Source of the DNA: Candidatus Poribacteria bacterium | GTDB lineage: Bacteria; Poribacteria; WGA-4E; PCPOR2b | Length of the DNA stretch: 64,000 nt | NCBI GenBank assembly: GCA_965208325.1 | Contig: OZ242326.1 | Span: forward strand, 2,847,363-2,911,362 | Direction: 5' to 3' | In this document: in pieces, positions 61,937-64,000 of the stretch | How the letters are laid out: every line of letters begins with the position of its first letter | Position numbering within the stretch: position 1 is the first letter of the stretch | Translations under genes and position numbers: made by a program | The notes under the pieces: model-generated | The model's input: the letters and a program-made list of their open reading frames with translations, nothing else | Database searches by the model: none | What the model was told of the DNA's origin: nothing

Positions 61937-61974
61937 AGTGAGTAATGAGTAAAACGTAATGCTTAATGAGTTTT

Positions 61975-62318
61975 TGTAGGTTGGTTTGAACGGAGTAGAC
62001 TATAAGAATATAAATGCGTCGCGTGTTTTATGCGGTTCGATTGCGTTAGAAAATTTGAATAATGGAGCGTGACTCAAAGCATTTAGTTATGGTCATTTCG
62101 GCTCATACTTGAATACGGAGGAATTGACTAATTTATAATCGAGGCTAGGAAGCCTCTCCCACTGTAATTACCCCCTCTAGCTCCCCCTTGTAAAGGGGGA
62201 GAATTTTTTTGTCTCTTTTTGATACAGCGGTTCTTGAGGGGAAGGTTCGAAGACTCGAAGGCTTAGGGACTATCGTCTTCGCTGTCCGTTCAGTTGATGC
62301 CAACCTACAAAAACGGTT
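61975..62318. repeat. MITE-like repeat copy plus an associated right-end module (ccccctctagctcccccttgtaaaggggga...ccaacctacaaaa)
   Basis: Left TIR tgtaggttggtttgaacgg; core about 80 percent identical to other copies; the right end resembles the 57661-57778 module. Confidence 0.7.
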
Positions 62319-62355
62319 AACCCTCCGAGTCCATAGCCTGATTGCATTGATAAGC

Positions 62356-62559
62356 CTACGCGGCTAGTACCGCGAAAACCAAAAACGAGTAAGCAACTAA
62401 TACAACACAGCATAGTAACTTCATTGGTGATTTCCTTATCTCTTGTTTAACTCGTGAATTCGGACGAATCAGTGCAGTCGGCGAATTATGAACAGGAATT
62501 AGGTAAATTCCACCGAATGCGGTGGCTAATATGAGTGCGAGATATATCCATTCAAGCAT
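62356..62559 (-). CDS. Hypothetical small membrane protein
   Basis: Two hydrophobic helices; ORF only. Confidence 0.25.
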   Translation of the reverse strand: MLEWIYLALILATAFGGIYLIPVHNSPTALIRPNSRVKQEIRKSPMKLLCCVVLVAYSFLVFAVLAA

Positions 62560-62598
62560 TTTTCAATCCGATCTGAGTAGCGACAGCGAGTGCAGTTT

Positions 62599-62699
62599 TT
62601 GTAGGTTTAGATCAGCGGTGTAGACAATGCGCCGCGTGCGTTACATGGTTTGACTGCGTTAGGAAATAAGATTAATGGAGTGTAACCAACCTACAAAAT
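62599..62699. repeat. Short MITE-like copy with both TIRs
   Basis: tgtaggtttagatcagcggtgtagacaatgcgccgcgtgcgttacatggtttgactgcgttagg...gtaaccaacctacaaaa. Confidence 0.7.
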
Positions 62700-63080
62700 T
62701 TGAAAAAGACTATCGCTAATCGCTCAGTTGATCCTAACCTACAACAGCCTACCTACCTTTCAGTTGGCGTTTCATCGCAAAATAGGCCGTTACCCCTAAG
62801 TGTCAAGCGGGAGGCAGACACGCACTTACTGGAGGAAAGGCTTGGGATTCCAAAAGACCCCAGCCTATTCTTTTTAACGTGTCTGCCATAAGGTTAATTT
62901 CTATTTTGGATTTTGTAGGTATATCAAGGGTGACGGGGCGGGAGATGCGCTAACACGCAGAATTTCGTCAACACTGGCGCCCCCGCTTCCCGTCATAAGA
63001 TGAATCATTCAGCGCCGCTGATTACTATTCACGTCGGAGTATTCACCCTAACGCACTAATCGCTGGCGGCAAAAGCCGTT

Positions 63081-63992
63081 TTACGGCGACACCGCTTCGT
63101 TTGCGGCGAAAGGCACTAGGTTGCCGTCCTTGATAGTCAGCACAACCGGTTCGTAAAGCGCTTCGCCCTCCGCGTCAAATGAGAAGTGCCCGAGGTTGGT
63201 GCCAAAGTCGTGCACCGTAGCCAAAGCATCGCGAATGGACATTGAATCCGGAATCGTAATTGACGCAGAATCCTCTGAAAATGTCGCCTCTAAAATCGCG
63301 TGGTAAAGGATGTAAAGCGCCGCGTATGACTGAGCTGCCCATGGGTCCGGCGCGATTCCGTATGCCGCTTGGTAACCGGCAACAAACGACTGATTCATCG
63401 GATTGTCCACTGTGCTATCCCAACCGGTGAAAGTGATAACGCCGTCCGCCGCGGCGCCCGCTTGTTGAATATCGTTGATACCTAATTCCGGAACGATATA
63501 ATCCGCCTCAATGCCAATCTCCCGTGCCTGTACCACCACGCTCACGATTTCGGGAGCCAGACCTGAAACAAAGAGCGCGTCCGGGTTAACTTCCATTATC
63601 GCGGTCAATTGCGCTGTGAAGTCGGTGTCGCCGGATTGGTACGTCTCGGTCAACAACACATCCACGCCGCGGTTCAAAAGCGCCGCCGCCAAGTGTTCGT
63701 AGCTGCTCGTGGAGTAGAGATCGGCGTCGTCATATATCATGGCCGCGCTTTCATAACCGATCGCCTCATGCGTAATGTTCACACCCGCCGGATTCATCTT
63801 ATCTACGGCTAGGGCGGCGCGAAAAATGTAATCCCCGATGCTGCTCAGACTGGCGGCGGCTGACACGGAACTTAAAACCACAACCTGATTCTCTTGCGCT
63901 ATCGGGAAAGCGTGCTGGGCTTGATTCGATATGGCAACACCCACAATAGCGGGAACGCCCGCCTGAATCAGCCGTTCAAACGCGGATTCCAT
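63081..63992 (-). CDS. Type 1 periplasmic substrate-binding protein (Leu/Ile/Val-binding-like), N-terminus beyond the window end
   Basis: ORF is open to the window edge; sequence pattern typical of ABC-transporter type-1 periplasmic binding proteins (GYQAAYGIAPDPWAAQSYAALYIL). Confidence 0.55.
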   Translation of the reverse strand: MESAFERLIQAGVPAIVGVAISNQAQHAFPIAQENQVVVLSSVSAAASLSSIGDYIFRAALAVDKMNPAGVNITHEAIGYESAAMIYDDADLYSTSSYEHLAAALLNRGVDVLLTETYQSGDTDFTAQLTAIMEVNPDALFVSGLAPEIVSVVVQAREIGIEADYIVPELGINDIQQAGAAADGVITFTGWDSTVDNPMNQSFVAGYQAAYGIAPDPWAAQSYAALYILYHAILEATFSEDSASITIPDSMSIRDALATVHDFGTNLGHFSFDAEGEALYEPVVLTIKDGNLVPFAANEAVSP

Positions 63993-64000
63993 GCCGTCTT

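Overview
This 64-kb window most likely comes from a bacterium that uses a type IX secretion system (T9SS). The evidence is that at least seven large secreted proteins end in the T9SS C-terminal sorting domain (NYPNPFNPETWIPY...YFYQLR...MVIVK), together with TonB-dependent receptor and TonB genes and start codons that lack Shine-Dalgarno sequences. No rRNA, tRNA or CRISPR arrays were recognised.

- **First third, about 0-14 kb (housekeeping plus a decayed defence fragment):** a sugar-phosphate isomerase-like TIM-barrel gene, an AlbA_2/HATPase_c_4 regulator-like gene, a truncated type I restriction-modification specificity subunit (HsdS) broken by an IS3-family transposase remnant, and a rhodanese. 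A pterin biosynthesis operon follows: a tandem-fused 6-pyruvoyl-tetrahydropterin synthase, GTP cyclohydrolase I and a short-chain dehydrogenase. After that come two tandem CorC/HlyC-type CBS-domain membrane proteins, KDPG aldolase, a Hanks-type Ser/Thr kinase and an HpcH/HpaI-family aldolase.
- **Middle, about 14-29 kb:** a T9SS-targeted HEXXH metalloprotease, thiazole synthase ThiG, and three tandem paralogous 4-TM small membrane proteins of unknown function. There is a decayed toxin-antitoxin patch (two BrnA-like genes, a BrnT fragment and an orphan HicB), a TonB-dependent receptor, a BCCT transporter and a putative porin.
- **Second half, about 29-63 kb (accessory region):** a 320-bp tandem repeat array (about 3.4 copies), a roughly 2.5-kb stretch without coding potential, a second IS3 remnant, and an island of small hypothetical genes. 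T9SS cargo genes follow in order: a metzincin with LRR and dockerin-like modules, a YWTD-propeller/CARDB protein, two HAF-like repeat paralogs and a WD40 protein, interleaved with lipocalin-like lipoproteins. The region also holds a cytoplasmic 3xPAS histidine kinase, a TonB and a DnaJ-TPR protein.
- **Repeat families in the accessory region:** at least 15 copies or fragments of a MITE-like repeat family with the TIR TGTAGGTTGGGTTGAGCGG, (GTAATGM)n heptad arrays upstream of minus-strand genes, and near-identical intrinsic terminators. One copy carries a nested 235-bp MITE with 16-bp TIRs.
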